In this document: positions 37,804 to 46,389 of the stretch, one piece after another
Numbering within the stretch: the stretch's first letter is position 1
How the letters are laid out: each line of letters begins with the position of its first letter
Assembly (NCBI GenBank): GCA_918797485.1
Contig: CAKKNE010000005.1
Location: 1,302,001 to 1,366,000 of the forward strand
Source: Pelagomonas calceolata
Taxonomy: Eukaryota
Direction: 5' to 3'
Length of the DNA: 64,000 bases
Translations under genes and position numbers: made by a program
Notes under the pieces: generated by a model
Databases searched by the model: none
What the model was told of the DNA's origin: nothing
Seen by the model: only the letters and a program-made list of their open reading frames with translations

Positions 37804-40800
37804 ATGCCGCGGCATGGCAGTGACATGGCCCGAAGGCCGCGCCGCGCCGGCCGCTGGGCCGCCGCGCTCGTCGCCGCGGCCTGCCTCGCCGCGCCGGCCG
37901 CCGCGCAGAGCCCGTCGAGCAAGGCGCCCGAGGGCGTGAAGCGGCGGCTCGTGGCCGAGGCCGAGGAGGCGGCGCGCCGGCTGCACGTCATCGTGCCGGA
38001 CCCGACGCCGGCGCCGTCGTCCGTGCCCACGACGGAGGCGCCGTCCGGCGTGCCCACGACCTACCCGTCGGGCGTGCCGACGTCGACGCCGACCACCCCG
38101 ACGTCCCTGCCGACGCCCGTGCCGACGGGCGCGCCGTCGTACGTGCCTTCGTCGCCGCCGACGGAGACGCCGACGCGTGTGCCTTCGTCGCCGCCCACGT
38201 CGATGCCCTCGCCGGCGCCCACGACCACGTTCGCGCCGACGTCGACGCCGACGTACGTGCCTTCGTCGCCGCCGACGGCGACGCCCACGGCCGACCCGAC
38301 GTACGTGCCGACGGTCCCGCCGACGTCCGAGCCCTCGGGCGTGCCGACGTCCGACCCGACGTACCGTCCGACGGTCCCGCCGACGTCGGCGCCGACGTCC
38401 GTGCCCTCCGAGGCGCCGACGTACGAGACGTGGCAGCCGACGTACGTGCCGACGACCCCGCCGACGTCGGACCCCACTTTCGAGCCCACGGCCGACCCGA
38501 CGTACGTGCCGACGTCTCCGCCGACGTCGGAGCCCAGTAAGACCCCGACGGCCGACCCGACGTACGTGCCGACGTCTCCGCCGACGTCGGAGCCCAGTAA
38601 GGTCCCGACGTCCGCGCCGTCGACGCCCGGCCCCACGTCCAAGCCCTCGGGCGTGCCGACGGCCGACCCGACGGGCGTGCCTTCGACGCTGCCGACGTCG
38701 GCGCCGACGAGCGCGCCGACGAGCGCGCCGACGTTCGAGACCTGGCCCCCGACCGAGGTCCCCACGTCTCTGCCGACGTCGGCGCCGACGAGCGCGCCGA
38801 CGAGCGCGCCGACGATCTCGGCCGCGCCCACGGCCGTGCCCACGACGGTGCCGTCGCCCGTCCCGACGGAGGACAACTTCGGGTCGTGCTGGCACAAGGT
38901 CACGGGCCTCGTCACGTGCGAGGTCCGCAGGAAGCGCTGCAACAGCCCCGAGTTCACGCTCGACGGCGGCACGTCCAACACCCAGTGGCGCCCGAAGGGC
39001 TTCGTCGACAACGGCGCGGGCGGAACGGGCTGCTGCCGCTGCGCTAATGGATGCAACCACACCCTGGAGACGGGCACCTGCAACCCGGACCACTACGCCG
39101 ACTCCGAGCCCAAGAAGCTCCGGTACCCGACGATGGCCCCCACGACGCCGTCGGCGGTGCCGACGTACGAGCCGACGGTCCGGCCGTCGTACTCCCTCCC
39201 TCCGACGGTCGACCCCCTATCGCCCACGGCCCAGGGCCCGACGGTCGCGCCGACCTACGCGACGGAGCCGCCGTCGCCGGTGCCGGTGCCGGTGCCGACC
39301 ATGACCTTCGTGGCCACGGACGAGAACCTGGCCTGCGACCACTCGCACGACGCCAACATCGGCATCACCACCGCGACGGACGGCACCTGCGCCGTCCACC
39401 TCTACCTCCACCACCGCGACGTCTTCGAGCAGATGTACGGCGTGTCGCCCATCGGCCGGTGGGACACGTCCCAGGTCACGGACATGTCGCACCTCTTCGA
39501 GAACGAACTGGACTTCAACGAGGACATCTCGGGCTGGAACGTCGACGCCGTGACGTCGATGCACGACATGTTTCTGCACGCCGAGAGCTTCGACCAGGAC
39601 CTGGGCTGGTGCGTCGAGGAGGCCTGCCCGGCCATCGACGACGCGGCGGAGACGTACGAGGAGTACAAGGCGCGGATCGCGCCGCTCCAGGCGGGCTGCG
39701 ACGGGGCCGGCGGGCAGCCGTGCTGCGTCGACATGACGGACACCTTCTTCTACGCGCCCTGCATCCTGAACGACCCGCCGTGCGGCGTCAAGAGCACGGA
39801 GGGCGCCTGCAAGCCCACGCCCGCGCCGACCACGGCCGCGCCGACCGTCTCGGCGGCGCCGACGCTCGCGCCGACGCTGTCCATGGCGCCCACGTCCGAG
39901 CCCTCGCCCGCGCCGTCGATGCACCCGACGGGCGCGCCGACGTTCGCGCCGACGATGGACTGGACGTCCTTCTGCGAGACCAAGAACGAGACGGCGGCCT
40001 GCGCCGCCGAGGCGGGCTGCCACTGGCTCGCCCCCTACTCGCGCTGCATCCCCGAGTGCTCGTTCGGCATCGACAACCGCGACGCCTGCGACACGCGCTA
40101 CTGCTCGTGGCGCTGGACGCCCAAGCTCCCGATCTCGGGCAAGTGCCTCGACTGCGACGCCGCGCGCAAGTACGAGACGTGCGACTGCGGCGACGCCTCC
40201 TGGGGCAGCGCCGCGTCGCGCCAGACGCGCCAGTCCGGCCGCCGCAACCTCAAGTTCGGCTACGTCGAGCTCAACACGGGCTTCGTGGTCGAGGGGTCGG
40301 TCGAGCTCGCCGGCGTGTCCCTGGCCGACGCCGAGGCCCACGCCGCCGACATCACCCAGACGATCATCGACGTCGCCGGCGGCGTGCGGCCGGCCGACGC
40401 CACGTCGTGCCCCGGCTGGGCGTGCTCCGTCGAGAACCAGTACTGCCCGCAGGGCCTCGTGGGCTCCACGGACTCCGACTACTGCTGCGTCTTCGACGAG
40501 GCCGGGTCCGGCACGTGGACCGCGGGCGCCTGCGCCCCGGGCTTCGACGACATCACGGTCATCCTCAGCGAGCCGTCGGCGCGGCGGCGGCTCCAGTCCC
40601 AAAACCAGGGCGCGGACGAGGTCCTCGTCGAGTACCAGATCCAGGTGCCCGAGGGCTCGGACGACATCGCGGACGTCTGGGCCGACGCGCTGTCCATGGC
40701 GCCGGCCAAGTACCCCGCCGACGCGACCGGCTGCAAGGGCTGGTACTGCAGCACGGAGCAGCAGTACTGCCCCCAGGGCCTGCCCGGCTCGAAGTGGTCC

Positions 40801-41181
40801 GACTTCTGCTGCACGGACGGGCGGTGGACCAAGGGCGACTGCGACCGGCCGCACGTCGGCTGGCGCAACGCGCTCGACGCCCGCGTCCTCGCGAAGAGCG
40901 ACCACGACTGCTCCGCCGCGGCGGACCCGGCCGCCGTCGGCGACGGCAAGTGCGACGCGGCGAACAACGTCGCGCCCTGCTACGACGGCGGCGACTGCTG
41001 CGAGGCCACGTGCTCGGGCACGAACTGCGGCACGTACTCGTACTCGTACGCCTACGACTGCGTGAACACCCTCGCCGAGGCGGGCCGCAACGTGACCGAG
41101 GTCGGCGCCGCGGCCGTGACCACGAAGAAGGACTACTGCAACGACTACTGCGGCAAGTACTGGACGTGCCTCGACGGATAG
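37804..41181 (+). CDS. Large secreted mucin-like PT-repeat protein with DUF285/BspA-like repeats, Cys-rich modules and an LNR-like domain
   Basis: Hydrophobic leader, long PTS/PTY repeat block, WDTSQVTDMSHLF...FNEDISGWNV...MHDMF, two C.GW.CS.E.QYCPQGL.GS..SD.CC modules, VGDGKCDAANNVAPCYDGGDCC. Start may be 37825. Confidence 0.85.
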   Translation: MPRHGSDMARRPRRAGRWAAALVAAACLAAPAAAQSPSSKAPEGVKRRLVAEAEEAARRLHVIVPDPTPAPSSVPTTEAPSGVPTTYPSGVPTSTPTTPTSLPTPVPTGAPSYVPSSPPTETPTRVPSSPPTSMPSPAPTTTFAPTSTPTYVPSSPPTATPTADPTYVPTVPPTSEPSGVPTSDPTYRPTVPPTSAPTSVPSEAPTYETWQPTYVPTTPPTSDPTFEPTADPTYVPTSPPTSEPSKTPTADPTYVPTSPPTSEPSKVPTSAPSTPGPTSKPSGVPTADPTGVPSTLPTSAPTSAPTSAPTFETWPPTEVPTSLPTSAPTSAPTSAPTISAAPTAVPTTVPSPVPTEDNFGSCWHKVTGLVTCEVRRKRCNSPEFTLDGGTSNTQWRPKGFVDNGAGGTGCCRCANGCNHTLETGTCNPDHYADSEPKKLRYPTMAPTTPSAVPTYEPTVRPSYSLPPTVDPLSPTAQGPTVAPTYATEPPSPVPVPVPTMTFVATDENLACDHSHDANIGITTATDGTCAVHLYLHHRDVFEQMYGVSPIGRWDTSQVTDMSHLFENELDFNEDISGWNVDAVTSMHDMFLHAESFDQDLGWCVEEACPAIDDAAETYEEYKARIAPLQAGCDGAGGQPCCVDMTDTFFYAPCILNDPPCGVKSTEGACKPTPAPTTAAPTVSAAPTLAPTLSMAPTSEPSPAPSMHPTGAPTFAPTMDWTSFCETKNETAACAAEAGCHWLAPYSRCIPECSFGIDNRDACDTRYCSWRWTPKLPISGKCLDCDAARKYETCDCGDASWGSAASRQTRQSGRRNLKFGYVELNTGFVVEGSVELAGVSLADAEAHAADITQTIIDVAGGVRPADATSCPGWACSVENQYCPQGLVGSTDSDYCCVFDEAGSGTWTAGACAPGFDDITVILSEPSARRRLQSQNQGADEVLVEYQIQVPEGSDDIADVWADALSMAPAKYPADATGCKGWYCSTEQQYCPQGLPGSKWSDFCCTDGRWTKGDCDRPHVGWRNALDARVLAKSDHDCSAAADPAAVGDGKCDAANNVAPCYDGGDCCEATCSGTNCGTYSYSYAYDCVNTLAEAGRNVTEVGAAAVTTKKDYCNDYCGKYWTCLDG
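37999..38870 (+). repeat. Coding tandem repeats (Pro-Thr-rich units, including a 60-bp near-perfect duplication)
   Basis: Recurrent CCGACG/GACCCGACGTACGTGCCGACG units. PTADPTYVPTSPPTSEPSK occurs twice at about 38485-38601. Confidence 0.85.
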
Positions 41182-41371
41182 AGCAAAGCGTATATCCCCC
41201 GCCCCTCCCGCCCTTCCCGCCTCCCCGCCCCAGCCGGTACTCCCCACCCCCACGGGTAACGGCGACTATGCCCCTATCTATCTAGTACACCGCTCGCACG
41301 ACAGAGCTCGGGGCTCCACTGGCAGGGAGATTAGGGGCGCGCAAAATGACTGACAGGTCAACAACAAACTA

Positions 41372-44300
41372 CTACAAGCTCCGCGGCACGGCGAAGAAGA
41401 CGCGCTCGCCGCCCTCGTCGGCGAGCGGCACCCAGCCGGAGCCGTCCGCGAGGCGCAGGAACTCGTCGGTGGCCGTCGCGAAGACGCCCGACGCCTCGAT
41501 GGTCCTCGCCTCGAGGAGGTGGGCCGAGGCGAAGAGCCGCGTCGGGTAGGACGCGACGAGGCTCGCCGCGGCGCCGCGGCGCCGCACGTAGGTCGCCGAC
41601 GTCGGGAAGAGGCGCCCCTCGACCACTTCGACGGCGTCCTCCGCGGGGACGCGGGCCCAGAGGCCCCCCGGCGTCCGGAGGAAGTTCGCGGAATCGCCGA
41701 GGACCGTCGCCCGCGCCTCGACGAACGCGTCCCGCGCCAGCCGCTTCACGACCGGCGCGGCGTCGCTCGGCGCGCGGTAGAGAAAGAGCGGCTCGCGGCC
41801 CTGGAAGTAGCGCGTGTCGTCGTCCGCTGGTGGGGCGTTTCGCCGGAACGCTTCCGCGTCGCGCTCCGCTTGGCGCGAGGCGGCCGCGTGCGCCGCGATG
41901 GCATCGACCCAGGCTCCGGCGTCGGCGGGCGCCGCCGCGGCGAGGCGCAGCGGCTGGCCGACGCTCGCGCGCACGGAGAGGCCGGCGCCGGCGGCCGCGG
42001 CGCGCGCGCCGGCGTCGAGGCGGAGCGCGTCCGCGGGGACGGCGTCGTCGCGGCGCGCGCGCAGCGTCAGCACGGCGTCGCGGAGCTCGGCCCACCGCCG
42101 GCGGCCGTCGACGCGGAGCCAGCCGACCTTCGGGGGCGGCGCGCGCGCCGTCGGCCCGGCCGGCGCCGGCGGCGGGTCGTCCCGGGCCGGCGCCTTCCGC
42201 AGGCCCGCGGCGGCGAGCTCGATCGCGAGCGCGTCCGGGTCGACGTAGAGCGCGTCGGCCGCGCGCGCCGCGGCCAGGTCCGCCGCGCAGCTCGCCGCGT
42301 GGCGCGCCGCCGCGGCGCGGGCCGCCGCCGCGCCCTCCCCAGCGTCGCGGCCGCGCGCCGCCGCGGCCGCCGCCCGCGACGCGGCCGCCGACGCGGCCAC
42401 GGCACACTCCTCGGCAAGGACCGCCGACCGGCGCGCGCGCGCCCGGGCCTTGGCGGCGGCGGGTCTCCGGCGGCGGCGTCCGTCGCGCGCGAGCGCGTCG
42501 CCGAGCGCGAGGACCACGTCCTCGGCCGCGTGGGCCGCCGCGGCCGCCGCGGCCGCGCCGCTCCCGCGCATGCGCTCGTATACGGCGACGATGCGCGTTC
42601 CCGCCTCGTCGAGGTGGCCGGCGGCCCGCTCGACCTTTTGCCGGGCCTCGGCCGCCGCCGCGGCATTTCCGAAGAACACGGCCGTCTTCCCGAGGAGCCA
42701 CTCGGCGTCGACGCCCACCGCCGCGAGCACGCAGGCCGCCAGGAGCTCCGGGGCCGCGTCCTCCGTGGCCGCGAGCGCCGCCTCGGACAGGGCGCCGGCC
42801 AGCGCGTCGAAGCTCAGGGCGTGGCGCGGGTGTGCCGCCGCCGCGGCCCGCGCGGCGAAGACGACGCGCGCCGCCCGCAGGTCGGCGCGGAGGCGCGACG
42901 GCCGCAGGCAGCGCACGTAGGCGCAGTCCGCGCCGTCGAGGACGTCCGCCAGCGACGCCTCGGGCGTCGCCGCACCGACGCGCTTCATAAAATCGATCGT
43001 CGACCGGCGCAGCGCCCCCCGGAAGGCGTCGGACGTCTCCCGCCGCGCACACTCGTCGAACGCGTACGTGACGACGCCGCCGTAGTGCCGCACCGCGAAC
43101 GTGTTCTCGACGTCGTCGACGCGCGGCAACTGGCACACGTGCGTCGAGCGGGCACACGTGCGTAGATCCGCGCTCGCGAGCAGTTCCCGGCAGGGCGGGT
43201 CGTCCACCAAAGGCACGCGAGCGAACCGGCCCGGCGCGACGCCCTCGTCCACGAGCGTGCGGAACGGCGCCCGGACCGTATCCATGAAGCGCTTTTCCAG
43301 GACGTCGTCGAGGGCGTTGATCACCAACGCGCGCCGGTCGCCGCATGCGTCAAAGGGGAGCGGGTCGACGACGGACACGGCGCGGCCCCGGGCGGCCGCC
43401 GCCGTTCTGGCATTGCGCGCGTCGAGGATCGCAGCCACGAGGCCGCCGTAGAGTTGTCGTGAGAAGTGCTGGTCCGGCGTACGGCGGGAGACGTCCAGGC
43501 CCTCCGAAACGCCGAGGACGCGGAGGGCTCCCGGTAAATTCCCGTCGCCGAGGAGACAGACGGCCTCGAGCGCGGACCAGGCGCCGTCGATCCCGTCCAG
43601 ACAGTCGGCGACGGCCGCGTCCGTCGGCGCACCTCCGGCTATGTCATCGGGCCCGAGGATGTGGTGACGGGCGCCGCGCCGCCGCGCCGCCGCGTGCAGC
43701 ACGCGGAAGTTGCTTTCTCCGTCAGCCGGCGGCCGGGCCGCGCGCGCCGCGTCCAGCAGAAAGACGTCGGTGCGCGCCCCGATCAACGCGTCGCGCGCGT
43801 CGAACGTGAAGTGCGTCGCCGTGGCGACGCAGGACCGGTCGTGGGCTCCCGCCCGGCAGTGGCCGAGCGCCGCGACGGCGACCTCCGTGCGCCTTATATC
43901 CATATAAAGCTCGCTCTCGGTTGATAAGCCGCCGCGCCAGGTTAAGTAGGAAGCGACGGCGCGGCAGGCGCGCGTGCGGCCCGCGCCGGCGCCGCCCGTC
44001 GCGACGACGACTTGCGGCTTGCTTCGTGCCACGAACGCGCGCTCGGCCAGCGCGTAGACGTGGGGCTCCGGATGTGGATTGGACGCGAAGCCGGCCATCT
44101 TCCGGTGCGCGTGGCCGCGCGCTATGATCACATTCGGGCCGCAGAACGCGTAGTCGCGGCCTTCGAGGCAGTTTAGTACTGCCGGTTCGTGGATTTGGAG
44201 GAGTGAGGCAACGTCGGTTTCATCAATATCGTTGCAGCGCAGCAGCTCGTCAATTGCGCATTCGCTGCCGTCGTCGAGTGTGATGCTAGGGCCAGCTGGG

Positions 44301-44407
44301 CCTTGCACCGTGGCGAGGCGCCAGCCGTCGCCGTCTTCGGCGTACACTTGGTCGCCGGGCGCGAAGGGTTCATCACCTGTTGTGTCGTGGCCCTGGAAGG
44401 CAGCCAT
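41372..44407 (-). CDS. Highly divergent myosin-head-like protein with PH domain
   Basis: Myosin landmarks occur in order: DVASLLQIHEPAVLNCL, PHVYALAERAF, ESNFRVLH, FAVRHYGGVVTY, YVRCLRP, LGKTAVFF. PH-like KVGWL...RRRWAEL...AWVDAI follows. Confidence 0.75.
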   Translation of the reverse strand: MAAFQGHDTTGDEPFAPGDQVYAEDGDGWRLATVQGPAGPSITLDDGSECAIDELLRCNDIDETDVASLLQIHEPAVLNCLEGRDYAFCGPNVIIARGHAHRKMAGFASNPHPEPHVYALAERAFVARSKPQVVVATGGAGAGRTRACRAVASYLTWRGGLSTESELYMDIRRTEVAVAALGHCRAGAHDRSCVATATHFTFDARDALIGARTDVFLLDAARAARPPADGESNFRVLHAAARRRGARHHILGPDDIAGGAPTDAAVADCLDGIDGAWSALEAVCLLGDGNLPGALRVLGVSEGLDVSRRTPDQHFSRQLYGGLVAAILDARNARTAAAARGRAVSVVDPLPFDACGDRRALVINALDDVLEKRFMDTVRAPFRTLVDEGVAPGRFARVPLVDDPPCRELLASADLRTCARSTHVCQLPRVDDVENTFAVRHYGGVVTYAFDECARRETSDAFRGALRRSTIDFMKRVGAATPEASLADVLDGADCAYVRCLRPSRLRADLRAARVVFAARAAAAAHPRHALSFDALAGALSEAALAATEDAAPELLAACVLAAVGVDAEWLLGKTAVFFGNAAAAAEARQKVERAAGHLDEAGTRIVAVYERMRGSGAAAAAAAAHAAEDVVLALGDALARDGRRRRRPAAAKARARARRSAVLAEECAVAASAAASRAAAAAARGRDAGEGAAAARAAAARHAASCAADLAAARAADALYVDPDALAIELAAAGLRKAPARDDPPPAPAGPTARAPPPKVGWLRVDGRRRWAELRDAVLTLRARRDDAVPADALRLDAGARAAAAGAGLSVRASVGQPLRLAAAAPADAGAWVDAIAAHAAASRQAERDAEAFRRNAPPADDDTRYFQGREPLFLYRAPSDAAPVVKRLARDAFVEARATVLGDSANFLRTPGGLWARVPAEDAVEVVEGRLFPTSATYVRRRGAAASLVASYPTRLFASAHLLEARTIEASGVFATATDEFLRLADGSGWVPLADEGGERVFFAVPRSL

Positions 44408-44857
44408 GGCCTGCCCCTCTCCAGAGGGGCTGCAGCTCAAGATTTCGCACCGATGGGTGCTCCGGGTGCCAAGGAGGCGTTGTTGCCAGCCCGTTTTCGA
44501 GCTATGCGCGCTATGCGGCTCCGCCCATTGGGCAGCCTAAAATGCTAGTATGTCGATACGCTAGGTTTTGGGCCTCTTTTGCGCGCAGCTTCCTCCTCAT
44601 CGCATTCGTGCCTATCCGCGTTTATATCACCTGAATTTCATGCATCCCTTCAGTCCTACGCACGGGCGCAACGATTTTGCAATCGGACGGCACCATTTGG
44701 CACAGCGGTGATGGCCGTGCCAGCAGCACGGGCTGCTCGGGCGGAGCGGCGCAGTTACTTGTGGAAGGACAGCCACAACGCTGCACGGCTCAGCCTCCAC
44801 GCCATCGCGCAGCTGAACTCGCGTCGATGGCGTACACACCCTACCGCGCAGGTCACG

Positions 44858-45220
44858 ATGGCCGAGATGACGCCGGCCCCCGGCTGCAACGGCACGACGA
44901 TGCGCACGATCACGCCCGGCTCGGGCAAGGAGATCACGAAGGGCTCGACCGCCACCGTCCACGCGACGGGCGTCGTCAAAGAATCGGGCCAGAAGTTCTG
45001 GAGCACGAAGGACCCGGGCCAGGAGCCCTTCACGTACCAGGCCGGCGTCGGCGGCGTCATCAAGGGCTGGGACCAGGGCTGCCTCGGCATGAAGGTCGGC
45101 GAAGCTCGAGAGCTCATCATCCCGGCGCACGAGGGCTACGGCGCGTCCGGCTTCCCGGCCTGGGGCATCCCGCCGGGCGGAACGCTGAACTTCACGCTCG
45201 AGTGCCTCAAGGTCGAGTGA
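44858..45220 (+). CDS. FKBP-type peptidyl-prolyl isomerase
   Basis: TVHATG, GVGGVIKGWDQGCLGMKVGE, LIIPAHEGYG, GIPPGGTLNFTLE. Confidence 0.92.
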   Translation: MAEMTPAPGCNGTTMRTITPGSGKEITKGSTATVHATGVVKESGQKFWSTKDPGQEPFTYQAGVGGVIKGWDQGCLGMKVGEARELIIPAHEGYGASGFPAWGIPPGGTLNFTLECLKVE

Positions 45221-45244
45221 GTACGCGCGCACTAACAACAGTTC

Positions 45245-46201
45245 TTAATGATGACCACTCTTCTTGCTCCGGACGCGCGCGCGCACGACGCTGTTCTCCC
45301 ACTCTTCTTTCCGGACGCGCCTCACTAAAACGCGCTGCGCGAAGGCCCAGGCCGGCGCGCGCCGCCGCGCGTCGAGGTCGTAGTTCTCCGCACGCTTCGT
45401 CAGGGATTGGAGCGTGCGGTACTCGTGGGCCAGCGCGTCCATGAGGGCGGCCCGGCGGCGGTAGGACAGCGCGTGGGGGCCCTGGCGGTGCGACGTCGGG
45501 AACGTGCCCCCCTGAAGTAACGAGAGCCCCGCCAGGAAGGCGCGCGCGTCTCGCTCGCACGCCGACGCCTCGACGACCCAGACGCGTTTGCCCTCGAGCC
45601 GGTCGAGCGTGTCTCCTCCCAAGTAGAAGGCGAAGCCCCGGTGGATGTGCGAGAGGCGCGCCTGTGTGGAGATCAAATTTCTGTGCTTGATGGCGTGTAA
45701 GCCAGCTCACCGGTTGATTTCCACGCCGAGCCGCACAAAGTGTAAGGGCTCGCCCAAAAGCTTGGCGCCCGCGTCCGGCGCCAGGAACGCCTTGGCCACC
45801 CGGGCGCACCGGTCCGTCGCGTTTCGCGACGCCACGAGGTCCGCGAAGGCGTCCGCCGTGGCCGCGCATCTATAAAGTTCGTCGTCGGCGCAAGAATTAC
45901 CGTACCGCTCGACGTCCCGCTTGCGGTGGAAGCACCGGCCGTACGTCCGGTCGCCGCCCGGCCGGTGCCACTCGAAGGCCGAGACGACGCGCTCCGTCGG
46001 GTCGCGCACCGACACGATAATGTGCGATGCCCTTTCGACCTCCTCGCGTTTTACTGGTCGTAGGTGCACTTCCGTGACGTTGACCGCGCGGCGGAGGTAC
46101 GCCACGGCGGAGCCGCCGCAGGTCTTGCCGACGTGGACGAAGAGCACGGGGTTGGTCGTCGCGGCGGCGGCTAGCCCCACGAGCGGCGCCAGGAACCTCA
46201 T
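45245..46201 (-). CDS. Sulfotransferase-family protein; intron 45662-45736
   Basis: Signal anchor, FVHVGKTCGGS (5'-PSB-like), VSVRDPTERVVSAF (3'-PB-like). A phase-0 intron joins EPLHF|ARLSHIH. Confidence 0.75.
45662..45736 (-). mobile_element. Introner-type intron, internally deleted member of the family at 2167-2294
   Basis: Minus strand reads GTGCGGCT (TSD) + CGGCGTGGAAATCAA...TTGATCTCCACACAG, then GCGCGCCT. It is 75 nt long with an in-frame TGA. Confidence 0.85.
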
Positions 46202-46389
46202 GATGGGGCAGCAACCATGTAAGCGATGCAAATTGCGGTGTAGGCTGCCTCGGCCAATCTATATGCAATGCACGGATGCGCGTCTACGGGCAGCTTAAGA
46301 TCATGCTCTCTGAGCTTCCAAAACCCAACCCCGCACGCGAACCAGCGAGAGACGCCGTCGCGTAAGAAAAAACACGATATACCACGCAC

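Noticed and set aside
38000..38870. Regularly spaced repeats that could be mistaken for a CRISPR array
   Set aside because: They are in-frame Pro-Thr coding repeats without unique spacers, in a eukaryotic context with no cas genes.
37648..43346. Very long overlapping and antisense ORFs (e.g. 39051-41285, 39217-41253, 41358-43346, 41519-43165)
   Set aside because: They are Arg/Gly/Ala-rich shadow frames caused by extreme GC3 bias and scarce stop codons, with no domain motifs.
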